Shown one piece after another: positions 1 through 9,486 of a stretch of 64,000 nucleotides of DNA (the stretch's first letter is position 1; each line of letters opens with the position of its first letter). The DNA is from Candidatus Latescibacterota bacterium (GTDB lineage: Bacteria > Latescibacterota > UBA2968 > UBA8231). The position numbers were made by a program, and so were the translations under genes. The notes under the pieces were generated by a model, which was not told the origin of the DNA, did not search any database, and saw only the letters and a list, made by a program, of their open reading frames with translations. The DNA lies in the NCBI GenBank assembly GCA_965204725.1, contig OZ242005.1:4896001-4960000 (forward strand), written 5' to 3'.

Positions 1-309
1 AAGACCTATCACCTCTATCACTACCACGACTTTTCCGACCCGCTCAAAGCGCGCGAAGAGACGCTCGCCCCCCAACGGGCCATGCAGTACATGGAGCGGA
101 AATACGGGGATCCCAAGTTGCTGCTATTTCACTTCTGGTACGCCAGTATCTGGCCAGATCCCCTCCTGCCCGAAGAGACGTTGCTAAGAGACTTGGTAGA
201 ATTTCACCATGCGTACGCGCACTGGCCCACTAGCCAACTGCGCGATCTGCGGATATTGTTGGATCATCACCCACTATGGGCAGAACCAAGCGGAGCGCAA
301 ATCCCATGA
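1..309 (+). CDS. Partial hypothetical protein (5' end outside window)
   Basis: Frame 1 is open from base 1 (KTYHLYHYHDFSDPLKAREE...) to TGA 307-309, which overlaps the ATG at 306 of the next gene (ATGA coupling). Confidence 0.6.
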   Translation, partial: KTYHLYHYHDFSDPLKAREETLAPQRAMQYMERKYGDPKLLLFHFWYASIWPDPLLPEETLLRDLVEFHHAYAHWPTSQLRDLRILLDHHPLWAEPSGAQIP

Positions 310-2225
310 ATCAGAAAGGTTATTTTAGAGTCATTTCCCCTGCGTCGGTGGTGAAACATGCGCTACGATCCAGTGGATTGGTCGCGTTTGTGGCTCTGTC
401 GTTGCTGCATCCTTCGCATCTTAGAGCCTTCACTTGGGACTTTGCTCAAGAAGGCGATGCCCAAGGTTGGGTAGCTTGGGAAAGCGGGGCTTCGGGCGCA
501 GTAATTAGAGTACCGCTGCATTCGGAAACAGCCGGCGGAGTATGGCGCGTCGCGCCCCGGGACTTTATGCCCGGTATCAGGCCGATAGTCGAATTGATCT
601 CCCCACCGATTGGCCGCGATTCGGCCCTATTCAACCGAGTGCGCGTCCGCTTGCGCGTACTGCACACCCAGCCGCTTGAGAGTCAGATTACGCTTCTGTG
701 GAAGAATCCCGCTAACAAGGGTCTCCGAGGATTCTTTATCAACGCGCAGCCAAGAACGGGGATTGATCATATTACCTTGCTCAAGGGCCAACGCCATACC
801 TACACTGCGGATTGGCAGGAGGTGACGATCGATAGTGTAGTGTCCAAGACCTATGTAATAGAGGACAAGGTCTATCGACGCCTATGGGAGGGTGAATTGC
901 TCGAAATACGCCTTCGCCTGCCCTTGTTCAACTACTCGAAGGACGTGGAGGGACCGGGGGAAGTCCCCGAGGCGGTAGAAATCGATTGGATCGAGTTGAC
1001 CCATGCGGAAGGGCCAGATTCAGAGGTCGCGCCGCCGAGGGGGGAAGAGCCGTACCCTGTCGGGACGCTCTTTGCTCTACCGATCTTTTACCCTTTAGAC
1101 CAGCATGGATTGGACGTAGGGCAGCGCGGCCGGCCCGTAGCCGAGTTGGGGGATCTGGATGGCGATGGCGACATGGACATGGCGGCAGTATGGAAAGACT
1201 GGCAGCCCAGCACGAACTCCGACAGGGCAGGTTGGCTGTGCGCGTTCAATGAAGATGGTCGCTTCTCCCCCAAGGTCCGCATTGAACCATTCCCTGAGAT
1301 CGCTCCCATACCTAGGCTGGCCGGTGCTGATTTGCTCGGCGACGAGCGCATGGAACTCATCGTGGGCTTTGGTCGTTCGCTTGACCTGTTGGAGCATTCA
1401 TCAGCCGGTTGGTCGGTGGCGCGGCATATAGCGGACGGGGCGATTCCCTTGGGTACAGGAGATGTCGATGGAGATGGAGACGAGGATATATGGCTGACCG
1501 AGTCCTACTCCAAGCTCTCGGCTCGTGCCGTCATTTTGCTCAATGATGGGGAGGGGCGGTTCGACGAACGAATGATTCTGGCTCCCGAATTGGCCGAGTT
1601 TGCGTGGTCGCCCATGCGTCTGATCTATCATATCCCGGGTGGCCGCAAGACCGGATTGCTTTGGGGTGCCCCCGATGTTGGCACTCCACACGACTACATG
1701 GCGACCTATCTGGACGACAATGGTGAAACCATCCAAGAGCACCTCCGAGTGGATGCGGCGGCGGATTTGATCTGCTATGCGGGCGATTTTGATCAGGACG
1801 GAGATACAGATATGGTCGCGGGTAGGGCCGTCACCGCTACGACGATAGGCTCTATGCCCACAGTACTCACCGGGCTGGATCTTTTAATTAATCAAGGTGA
1901 CGGCGTCTTGGACAAGGTTGCATGGTATGAAAGGGGATACGTGCAACAGGATGTGGTGTTTTCCGACCTCAATGAAGATGGGCTCTTGGACGCAGTGTTT
2001 GTCGATCGCGATTTCCGCCAGCCGGCACTCGTCGTCAACATGGGCAGAAAGAACGGCGTCCCCCTGCGGGAAGGCCACTATCCGCTGCAAGGGTTGGGCG
2101 GAACGGTCATAAGCGGCGATGTGGATGGAGATGGCGACCTAGACTTGGCCGTGCTAGAAAATGCCATGCGCGGGGGGGGCAGTGGTATATACATCCTGTC
2201 CAACCAGACAAGAACGGACGATTGA
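306..2225 (+). CDS. Secreted FG-GAP/VCBS repeat protein with an N-terminal putative carbohydrate-binding-like domain
   Basis: Multiple GDxDGDGDxD motifs (GDLDGDGDMD, GDVDGDGDED, GDFDQDGDTD, GDVDGDGDLD); hydrophobic signal region; start 306 chosen for ATGA overlap (ORF track starts at 276). Confidence 0.85.
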   Translation: MNQKGYFRVISPASVVKHALRSSGLVAFVALSLLHPSHLRAFTWDFAQEGDAQGWVAWESGASGAVIRVPLHSETAGGVWRVAPRDFMPGIRPIVELISPPIGRDSALFNRVRVRLRVLHTQPLESQITLLWKNPANKGLRGFFINAQPRTGIDHITLLKGQRHTYTADWQEVTIDSVVSKTYVIEDKVYRRLWEGELLEIRLRLPLFNYSKDVEGPGEVPEAVEIDWIELTHAEGPDSEVAPPRGEEPYPVGTLFALPIFYPLDQHGLDVGQRGRPVAELGDLDGDGDMDMAAVWKDWQPSTNSDRAGWLCAFNEDGRFSPKVRIEPFPEIAPIPRLAGADLLGDERMELIVGFGRSLDLLEHSSAGWSVARHIADGAIPLGTGDVDGDGDEDIWLTESYSKLSARAVILLNDGEGRFDERMILAPELAEFAWSPMRLIYHIPGGRKTGLLWGAPDVGTPHDYMATYLDDNGETIQEHLRVDAAADLICYAGDFDQDGDTDMVAGRAVTATTIGSMPTVLTGLDLLINQGDGVLDKVAWYERGYVQQDVVFSDLNEDGLLDAVFVDRDFRQPALVVNMGRKNGVPLREGHYPLQGLGGTVISGDVDGDGDLDLAVLENAMRGGGSGIYILSNQTRTDD

Positions 2226-2263
2226 ATGGATAGCCCGGATAATAAAGAAAGAGGCATAAGACG

Positions 2264-4426
2264 ATGAGACGACCCGAAGCTATCACTCTCTGGAGGTTCG
2301 TTATGCGCGGCTTGCTCGTTGCGATTGGATTGGTGGTAGTTCCGCCTAAAGCCTTCGCTTTAACATGGGATTTTGACGACGGCACGACTTGGGGATGGAC
2401 TGCACAAGAGAGCCCTTTAGGCTCTGACCGTGGGACCACCACGGTGTACAGCGAAGTCGAAGACGGCGTCTGGCGCATTGCGCCAGTGCCGAACGGGCTA
2501 AAACCAGCCGTCCGCTTGCTCTCGCCGCTGATTGGGGAGGACTCTAACCTGTTCGACTGGGTCACCCTACGGCTACGCATCATCCATGATTACCCCACCG
2601 AGGGGAACTTCCTGATGACGTGGACCAATACCGAGTACAGACGCCTCAAGAAGGAAGCACCCCGCGAATCAATCAGGTTGGGGTTTTATACGGGCCATTC
2701 TCAACTTTACCCCACCGAATGGGAAAACATCACCATAGATATACGGGCTTTGGAAGCCGCGGCGGAAGCGGACCCAGGAGAAGAGATTACTTGGCAGGAC
2801 ACCCTCCTCCACTTCCAATTCGACCTAGACTTATTGCACCTAGACGACGTATATGTATATGACTTAAAACCGGCGGATCGTCCGGCCTTTGTCGAAGTAG
2901 ATTGGATTCAACTGACGGGGGCCGAAGAACTGCTGCTGGGCGAACTACAGCCCCGGGCGAGCACCGTGGAGGCCGGGTTGCCCGGGACGTTGTTCGCAGA
3001 ACCGCGTTTTTCGGCACTGGGTCAAGAACTCGCAGGCCACATCCTGTATGGTACTTTGGGCGACTTGGACGGCGATGGGGATGACGACTTGGTCGTGGGC
3101 TGGAAAGTGTGGACTACGGGCTGGACTATAGCGACCAGCGACGGCTTGGGGGGCTTGGCCTCCACCCAAGAGGTACTCCTCCCAAACGAGGTTTATCCGA
3201 GGATTGTGGGGGGCGATGTGGACGGTGATGGGCTCCTCGATCTGGCCCTTGATACCGGTCGAACCATCGAATTGTGGCTCAACCGAGGCGAGAATGAATT
3301 TGAAACCATCCTACAGCTATCCGGCGGCTATCTCCTTGGTCTAGCCGATGGCGATGGCGATGGCGATGTGGACCTGTTGGGGGTAGAGGATCTCGACGAC
3401 CGATGGTCTAACGTGACTATGTGGATCAATGACGGTGCGGCCGGGTTTGCCCACAGCGACCAGTTCGTCCTCGACACCCAAGCAGAGCTCGGGGCTTCCC
3501 TGCTGGCAGGACAACCGGAGGGCGAAGCCGTGCGCGTGTTGTGGAACCGACCCTGCTGGAAGCCGGTGGAGACTTGGCGGCTGACCCAGCCGTGGGCAGC
3601 GAGCCAGCCGCCCCCGCTGTTTTTTGAGACCGGGGAGGTCAATCCCTGCGATATGTACCTGCTGACCGATCTGGATGGGGATGGCGCGGTGGAGTTGATC
3701 GGGACGCCCGAACGGAATCTGTATTTAGGCTTTTCTGTGGGCAACACCTACCACGGTTTGGCCCTGTGGCGGGTAGATGCCTCGGGCGGCGTAGAACGCC
3801 ACACCCTACTCGGTCCGCAGGTGATGGTGCCGGATACGGAGGGGGTTATTGCCCACGATCTGACCGGCGATGGCCTTTTGGACTTGGCTGTGCTCGATCT
3901 CAACATAGAGACGGGTCCGGCGCTGATCGTCTTGGTCGGCCAGCGCGCTGGGCTGCCCGTTGTCGAAGGACGCTATCCCCTGCCGGGCATCGGTCGCAAG
4001 GTACTCGCGGGCGATGTCAACGGCGATGGGGCGACCGATCTGGTCGTGCTGGGGCGGAGTCAGCGCGGCGATGGCGAGGCTTCCGTCTTCCTCAACCAAG
4101 GCATTCCCGCCACCGCTATCGCCGCCGAGACGATGTCCATGCCGACGGGGTTTGTCCTTGGGGCGAATTATCCCAACCCGTTCAACCCGGCCACGACCAT
4201 TCCCGTGTCGGTGGCGGCGGGTGCGGGCGAGGTCGATTTAACCATCTACAATGTCTTGGGACAGCCGGTGCGTCGAGTGTGGAACGGTTCGTTGGCGGCG
4301 GGCGAACACCGGCTGGCTTGGGATGGCCAAGACGCACAGGGCCAACTCGTCGCTGCTGGAGTCTATTTGTATCGGTTGCAGGTCGGCGACCAGACGCGCA
4401 TTCGCAAGATGGTCAAAATCGAATAG
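2264..4426 (+). CDS. Secreted FG-GAP/VCBS repeat protein with C-terminal FlgD-Ig/T9SS-like sorting domain
   Basis: GDLDGDGDDD, GDVDGDGLLD, GDVNGDGATD repeats; C-terminal NYPNPFNPATTI...IYNVLGQ...WDG...GVYLYRL. Confidence 0.9.
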   Translation: MRRPEAITLWRFVMRGLLVAIGLVVVPPKAFALTWDFDDGTTWGWTAQESPLGSDRGTTTVYSEVEDGVWRIAPVPNGLKPAVRLLSPLIGEDSNLFDWVTLRLRIIHDYPTEGNFLMTWTNTEYRRLKKEAPRESIRLGFYTGHSQLYPTEWENITIDIRALEAAAEADPGEEITWQDTLLHFQFDLDLLHLDDVYVYDLKPADRPAFVEVDWIQLTGAEELLLGELQPRASTVEAGLPGTLFAEPRFSALGQELAGHILYGTLGDLDGDGDDDLVVGWKVWTTGWTIATSDGLGGLASTQEVLLPNEVYPRIVGGDVDGDGLLDLALDTGRTIELWLNRGENEFETILQLSGGYLLGLADGDGDGDVDLLGVEDLDDRWSNVTMWINDGAAGFAHSDQFVLDTQAELGASLLAGQPEGEAVRVLWNRPCWKPVETWRLTQPWAASQPPPLFFETGEVNPCDMYLLTDLDGDGAVELIGTPERNLYLGFSVGNTYHGLALWRVDASGGVERHTLLGPQVMVPDTEGVIAHDLTGDGLLDLAVLDLNIETGPALIVLVGQRAGLPVVEGRYPLPGIGRKVLAGDVNGDGATDLVVLGRSQRGDGEASVFLNQGIPATAIAAETMSMPTGFVLGANYPNPFNPATTIPVSVAAGAGEVDLTIYNVLGQPVRRVWNGSLAAGEHRLAWDGQDAQGQLVAAGVYLYRLQVGDQTRIRKMVKIE

Positions 4427-4539
4427 GAAGCGGACATGCTGGAAAAATCGCGCCAACCCATAGCGGCTGACTGGCAGCGTTTCATGGAACGATTGAATGA
4501 AAGGACGAAGGGCCACCTTGAACCATTGACCGAAAGGAT

Positions 4540-4728
4540 TTGGTTATGCTTACGTTGACATTACCTGAAGCCGAAAAGCGACAAATTTTGGCGGCCCTCC
4601 AAGTCACCAACTGGCGGGTTTATGGACCGCGGGGAGCGGCTCAGTTGTTGGGTATAAGCCCGGAGAAGCTGCGGTATCGCATGCGCAAGTACGGACTGAA
4701 ACGACCCAAAGCGAAAGCTACCTCGTAA
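4540..4728 (+). CDS. Stand-alone Fis-type HTH protein (C-terminus of sigma54 activators), possibly a remnant
   Basis: EKRQILAALQVTNWRVYGPRGAAQLLGISPEKLRYRMRKYGL matches the NtrC/FhlA HTH_8 pattern; no AAA domain present. Confidence 0.65.
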   Translation: MVMLTLTLPEAEKRQILAALQVTNWRVYGPRGAAQLLGISPEKLRYRMRKYGLKRPKAKATS

Positions 4729-7700
4729 ATGCCAGCCCAATGGCTTCGCCTCGTGAAGTTTTTGCTCGGCAGTCTCGTCGGATTGCTGTTGAGCGTCTGC
4801 CCTTCGAGCGGAACCGAGCTCGAAGCGGCGAAAGCAAAGCTGCGCGAGCACAATCGGCTGTGGTCATTTGAGGAGGGAGCGATATTTGGCCGAGAATGGG
4901 TGAGCCGGGCGCCGGAGGACGCCGAGCTGCGAGCACTCTATGCGCGTCAGCTACATGGGCAGTTGTACGGACGCCGAGAGATTCAAGAGCAAGCCGACGC
5001 GATCTTGGAACGGGAGCCGGACAACCCGTGGGGGCTCTACGCGCAAGCACTCGCGTTGCTGGCGGACCGAGACTATTCCGAGGCGGCCAAGTCCAGCCTA
5101 CGCGCCTATAGGCGGCAGCCTCGGCCGGAGTTTGCCGCGACGTACCTTCAGTCGTTTCGGTTCAGAACCACAGAAGTGTGGATGGCATTTATAGACTCCG
5201 TGGATGCGGCGACCCTCCAGCATCCCGAAGTCCTCCAAGCCCGTGCGGAACTAGAGTACATGGCTCAGTACATATTGGATGACCCCGCCTATGCGGATAC
5301 GAGCCGAGCTACCTTGGCCCTGCTCCGAGCGCGTTGGCCCGACCACGTCAGCGGCTACGTGCGCGCCGCAGAACAGCTCTCCCAAGCCAATAAGCCAAAG
5401 GAGGCACTCCCGCTGATCGAAGAGGCCGTGCGCCTCGCCCCAAGCTCTGCGGATGTGCGCCATTGGCACTGGCAGCTTCTCAACCAGACGGAGCAGCTCT
5501 CGGTCGCGCAGCGACGCGCCGCCATTGAGGCCAGCATCGCCGCCTATCGGCAGGCCGTGCCGGAGACCATCCGCGGCCTCGCCCTGCTGACCACGACGTA
5601 TCGGAACATCCTCGCGGACGAAGAGCAAGCGGCCGCGTTCGAGGCGAAGCTGCTGGCGCGGGCACCCGCGAGCCACCATGCGTCGCGGATTCACCAAAAG
5701 AAGTTCCAACGGGAGTACCAACGAGTACAGGCCGAGTTGAACCACATCGCCCGCGCCGCGCCGGAGTACCAAGACCAGCTTCGCCTCATCTGCGACGCGG
5801 CCTATCGGTTCCTCGAAAAACCCCTCTACGACGATAGCTTCCGCGAGCCGGCGTACCAAGAGCTCTTCAAGGCCCTAAGCGCCATGAACCCGGTTCCGGC
5901 CGAGGAGCTCGCCGAGGGGGTGCGCGACGTGGTCCAGTACGAGCCGTTCATCAACCCGCGCCTAACGTACAGTGCCCTTGTCTTGATGGCCGACCACACG
6001 CCGTACGCCGAGGAAGCGGCAACAATCACTCAGGGTCTCATACAAGCCGTGCTCGATAGGGCCGAAGAGGAGGCGTGGGGGGAGGGACCGCTAAACTACC
6101 ACTTGCGCTTCGGGTACGACGCCCTCGGGTGGGCTTACTACAAAGCGGGTCGCATCGAGGAAGGCCGCACCGAGCTTGAGCGGGCACTGGAGTTTTCCAA
6201 GAGAAACACCCGTGTGCTCTATCACTTAGGCCAAGTGTTCGAGCAGATGGCGACCGAGGCCGAGGCTCGGGAGGACGGCGAGGCAGCCCGCACTTGGCTC
6301 GACAAGGCGGCCGACACTTACATCGCCGGCCGTGCGGTCCGAACTTGGGGCCCCAACCCCTGCGAGGCGGCCCTAGTCGCGCTGTACGAGCGCAGGAACG
6401 GCTCACGCGAAGGGTTCGACGAGTATCTCGCCGCGCTCCAAGCCGAGGACTCGCCCGGTCCGATCCGCTTAACGCCCAAAATAGACCTCCACCTCGAACC
6501 AACCCCGGTTGAGGGGCTCCCCGACCGTACGCTCAATCTCCCGCCCGGCTTTAAGGTCAAACTCTTCTCCGATCAAGTAGATAAAGCCCGCTTCATGGCT
6601 TGGGACGACCAAGGCGTCCTGCATGTGGCGAATATGAAGCCGCGTGGAAAGAGTCCATGGACCCCAGCCTCCGGCCGGCAAGGCACGGTATTGGCCCTAC
6701 CCGACCGCGACGGCGACGGCCGCGCCGACACCGTGTACAAGGTGGCCGACGATCTCAACTGGCCCCACAGCATCGCCTTCTATCAGGGTGCGCTCTTCGT
6801 CGCCGACGACGATGCCATCTACCGCCTCGAAGACCGGGACGCGGACGGCTTTTACGAGAAACGCGCTGTCTTCGCCGAAGTGCCCGGGTTTATGGGCCGA
6901 GCCTATGAACACGTGACCCATACGCTGGTCTTCGACGAGTCCAACGACAAGCTCTACTTCCACATTGGCGCGGGGTGCGACATCTGCCGCGAAGACGACC
7001 CGGAACGCTCTGCGGTCATCGAGATGAACACCGACGGCACGGGTCGGCGGATTTTTGCTGCTGGACTGCGCAACGCCATCGGCCTCGACTTGCACCCGGT
7101 CACTGGCGAGCTGTGGGGTGCTAACACCGGGCATGACCGCGAGGGGCGGGATCGGCCACCGGAGTGGATCACCCCCCTGCGCGATGGCGGCTTCTATGGC
7201 TGGCCGCTGGCTTATGCCGACCGCGTCTGGACCGATTTCTCCATTCGCGCATACCGAAAGTCCATTTTCCCGCTGACCGGTGCTGATTCGTTGTTGGTTG
7301 CCAACATGGAGCCTCCGGCTGTCCTCATTCCCGCCCACTTGGCACCCATGGCGCTGCACTTCTACGAGCACGACCAGTTTCCCCCTCAGTACAAACACGC
7401 CGCGTTTGTCGCCTGCCGCGCAGGCGCCTTGGGCAGCGATCCGGGCTACAAGGTCATGGCACTCTTTGCCGAGCCGGATGGGTCCAACGCCCGCGTCGCC
7501 GATTTTCTCACCGGCTTCCGGCTCGATTCCAACGAGGAGGCCGGTTGGAGTGCGATTGCTGGTCTTTTCTCTTTTTTTACTGGCAACGTGTGGGGTAAGC
7601 CGGTTGGGCTGACTACGGACGAGGCCGGACGCCTCTACCTGACGAGCGACGAAACCACCCAAGCCATCTTCCGCATTGAGGCCAGCCCCCTCCAAGGCAC

Positions 7701-8001
7701 GTGGGAAAACCCCCCGCCCGATACCCTGCTCGCCGGCGCGTCGCTGGCACTGCGTTCGACGATTCGCCTCCGGCGGCAGGTAGCCGGCGCGGGGCCGGCT
7801 CAGCTAACGGCCGATCTGTCTGCGCTGGGCGGCCCGGCGGCATGGCCGTTGCAACGCATAGACAACCAGACCTATCGCCTCGAAGCCGATCTCTCAGCCG
7901 GCGAGCACAAGGGCCGCAAGAAACTGGTGGTGCATCTCGCCCAAGGCGACGAGGCGACCAAACTGGTGCATTCTGTCGTCTTGTTGCCGAGAGAGGACTA
8001 G
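4729..8001 (+). CDS. TPR-repeat protein fused to a PQQ-dependent sugar/sorbosone dehydrogenase-like beta-propeller
   Basis: N-terminal helical TPRs (YDALGWAYYKAGRIEEGRTELERAL); C-terminal LPPGFKVKLF, DRDGDGRAD, GLRNAIGL, GGFYGWP, GKPVGL...GRLYLTSD motifs of the GSDH/sorbosone dehydrogenase family. Confidence 0.8.
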   Translation: MPAQWLRLVKFLLGSLVGLLLSVCPSSGTELEAAKAKLREHNRLWSFEEGAIFGREWVSRAPEDAELRALYARQLHGQLYGRREIQEQADAILEREPDNPWGLYAQALALLADRDYSEAAKSSLRAYRRQPRPEFAATYLQSFRFRTTEVWMAFIDSVDAATLQHPEVLQARAELEYMAQYILDDPAYADTSRATLALLRARWPDHVSGYVRAAEQLSQANKPKEALPLIEEAVRLAPSSADVRHWHWQLLNQTEQLSVAQRRAAIEASIAAYRQAVPETIRGLALLTTTYRNILADEEQAAAFEAKLLARAPASHHASRIHQKKFQREYQRVQAELNHIARAAPEYQDQLRLICDAAYRFLEKPLYDDSFREPAYQELFKALSAMNPVPAEELAEGVRDVVQYEPFINPRLTYSALVLMADHTPYAEEAATITQGLIQAVLDRAEEEAWGEGPLNYHLRFGYDALGWAYYKAGRIEEGRTELERALEFSKRNTRVLYHLGQVFEQMATEAEAREDGEAARTWLDKAADTYIAGRAVRTWGPNPCEAALVALYERRNGSREGFDEYLAALQAEDSPGPIRLTPKIDLHLEPTPVEGLPDRTLNLPPGFKVKLFSDQVDKARFMAWDDQGVLHVANMKPRGKSPWTPASGRQGTVLALPDRDGDGRADTVYKVADDLNWPHSIAFYQGALFVADDDAIYRLEDRDADGFYEKRAVFAEVPGFMGRAYEHVTHTLVFDESNDKLYFHIGAGCDICREDDPERSAVIEMNTDGTGRRIFAAGLRNAIGLDLHPVTGELWGANTGHDREGRDRPPEWITPLRDGGFYGWPLAYADRVWTDFSIRAYRKSIFPLTGADSLLVANMEPPAVLIPAHLAPMALHFYEHDQFPPQYKHAAFVACRAGALGSDPGYKVMALFAEPDGSNARVADFLTGFRLDSNEEAGWSAIAGLFSFFTGNVWGKPVGLTTDEAGRLYLTSDETTQAIFRIEASPLQGTWENPPPDTLLAGASLALRSTIRLRRQVAGAGPAQLTADLSALGGPAAWPLQRIDNQTYRLEADLSAGEHKGRKKLVVHLAQGDEATKLVHSVVLLPRED

Positions 8002-8036
8002 AGGCGTCCGGGATGCCTGACGACGCTAGGGGTGGG

Positions 8037-8063
8037 GTCATTCCCGCGCACGCGGGAATCCAG
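8037..8063 (+). repeat. REP-like palindromic element, copy 1
   Basis: GTCATTCCCGCGCACGCGGGAATCCAG hairpin (ATTCCCGCG/CGCGGGAAT); inverted copy at 22021-22046. Confidence 0.8.
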
Positions 8064-8177
8064 AAAAGGACCAAGCCCAATCAGAAACTGAAACCCTAAT
8101 TGTATCGAGTCATTTAGGACTGTTATATAAAAAGTATAGACTGCGCTAGTACTACCGACAAACGCGGAGGACGTACT

Positions 8178-9467
8178 ATGGAACGAAGAGCATTCGTCAA
8201 GGGAATCGCCGCGGCCGCGGCCGCTGTCCCGCTCATGCCCGAGGGGGCCGCAGGGCTGGCCGAGCGGCTCGGCACCCTCAATCGAGACCTAGCCGCCGCT
8301 CGCAGCGCGTCGGCGCGGTGGCAGCGGGTGCGCCGCGAGTTTCGCCTGCACCCCGGCCTAGTGCATCTCAACTGCGGCAGCATTGGAGCGACGCCCCGCG
8401 TGGTGACCGACGCCCTGATCTCGTACCTCGCCGAGTTGGAGGGCAATCCGCTGGCCAATACTTGGGGCGGCCTCGGCAACGAGATGGAAAAGGTGCGGGC
8501 CAAGGGAGCGGAGTTCATTGGGGCCGAGTTGGACGAGGTCGCGCTAACGCGCAACACGACCGAAGGCATGAACCACGTAGCCAGCGGCCTCGACCTGCGG
8601 CCGGGCGACGAGGTGCTAACGACCAATCACGAGCACGGCGGCGGCATGGTCTGCTGGCAGCACTTGGCGCGCACCCGCGGCGTCGTGGTGCGCTATATCA
8701 AAATGCCCAATCCCGTGCGCGATGCCGCCCAGATTCTGCAACGAGTGGAGGATCACCTGACGCCGCGCACCCGCGTGTGCAGCTTCAGCCACATCGACAC
8801 CATCACCGGGTTGCAAATGCCGCTGGCGGCCATTGCCGCGCTCACCCGCCCCCGCGACATCTTGCTGGTATGCGACGGAGCGCAAGCCCCGGGCATGATC
8901 GACGTCAATGTCAAGGGGCTCGGAGTGGATACCTATGCCTCTAGCAGCCACAAGTGGATGCTCGCGCCCAAGGGCACGGGCTTGCTCTACATTCGCAAGG
9001 AAGTGCAAGATCGCGTCCGACCCGCGTTCACGTATTCTGGTTATGGGGCCTACTCCGCCTCGTCCGGCACCCGTAACGTGCCCCAGATCGTCGCCCACGG
9101 GGTAGCGATGGAGTTTCACAACGCCATCGGCCGCTCGCACGTCGAAGCGCGCTGCCGCCAGCTTTGCGGCTACGCCCGCCAGCGCTTAGCGGAAATCCCC
9201 CAACTCGCGCCGATCACTCCTCTCCAGCGCGAGCTTTCCTCGGGCATCGTCAGCTTTTCGCTCGCCAGCGGCCGCCACAGTGCCGTCGTCGCCGCGCTGC
9301 AAAAGCGCAATATCTTCCTCAAGCCAGCGCAGGGTACGTATGCCTATGTGGAGGACGCTGACGTGCCCAAGGAAAGCTACAACGCCCTACGCATCTCCAC
9401 GCACATTTTCAACGACGAGACCGACATCGACCGCGCCATCGAGGCATTGCAGGAAGTCCTCGGCTAG
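8178..9467 (+). CDS. Tat-exported class V PLP-dependent aminotransferase (isopenicillin N epimerase/cysteine desulfurase-like)
   Basis: ERRAFV twin-arginine-like leader; NTTEGMN, DGAQAPG, SSHKWMLAPKGTG (PLP lysine), LRISTHIFN; RBS GGAGG. Confidence 0.88.
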   Translation: MERRAFVKGIAAAAAAVPLMPEGAAGLAERLGTLNRDLAAARSASARWQRVRREFRLHPGLVHLNCGSIGATPRVVTDALISYLAELEGNPLANTWGGLGNEMEKVRAKGAEFIGAELDEVALTRNTTEGMNHVASGLDLRPGDEVLTTNHEHGGGMVCWQHLARTRGVVVRYIKMPNPVRDAAQILQRVEDHLTPRTRVCSFSHIDTITGLQMPLAAIAALTRPRDILLVCDGAQAPGMIDVNVKGLGVDTYASSSHKWMLAPKGTGLLYIRKEVQDRVRPAFTYSGYGAYSASSGTRNVPQIVAHGVAMEFHNAIGRSHVEARCRQLCGYARQRLAEIPQLAPITPLQRELSSGIVSFSLASGRHSAVVAALQKRNIFLKPAQGTYAYVEDADVPKESYNALRISTHIFNDETDIDRAIEALQEVLG

Positions 9468-9486
9468 GGAAGCCGCCGGCCGCGCC

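Noticed and set aside
6697-7695. 332-aa minus-strand ORF and similar long antisense ORFs (e.g. 59678-60508, 20392-21135)
   Set aside because: GC-rich antisense shadows of genes with clear motifs.
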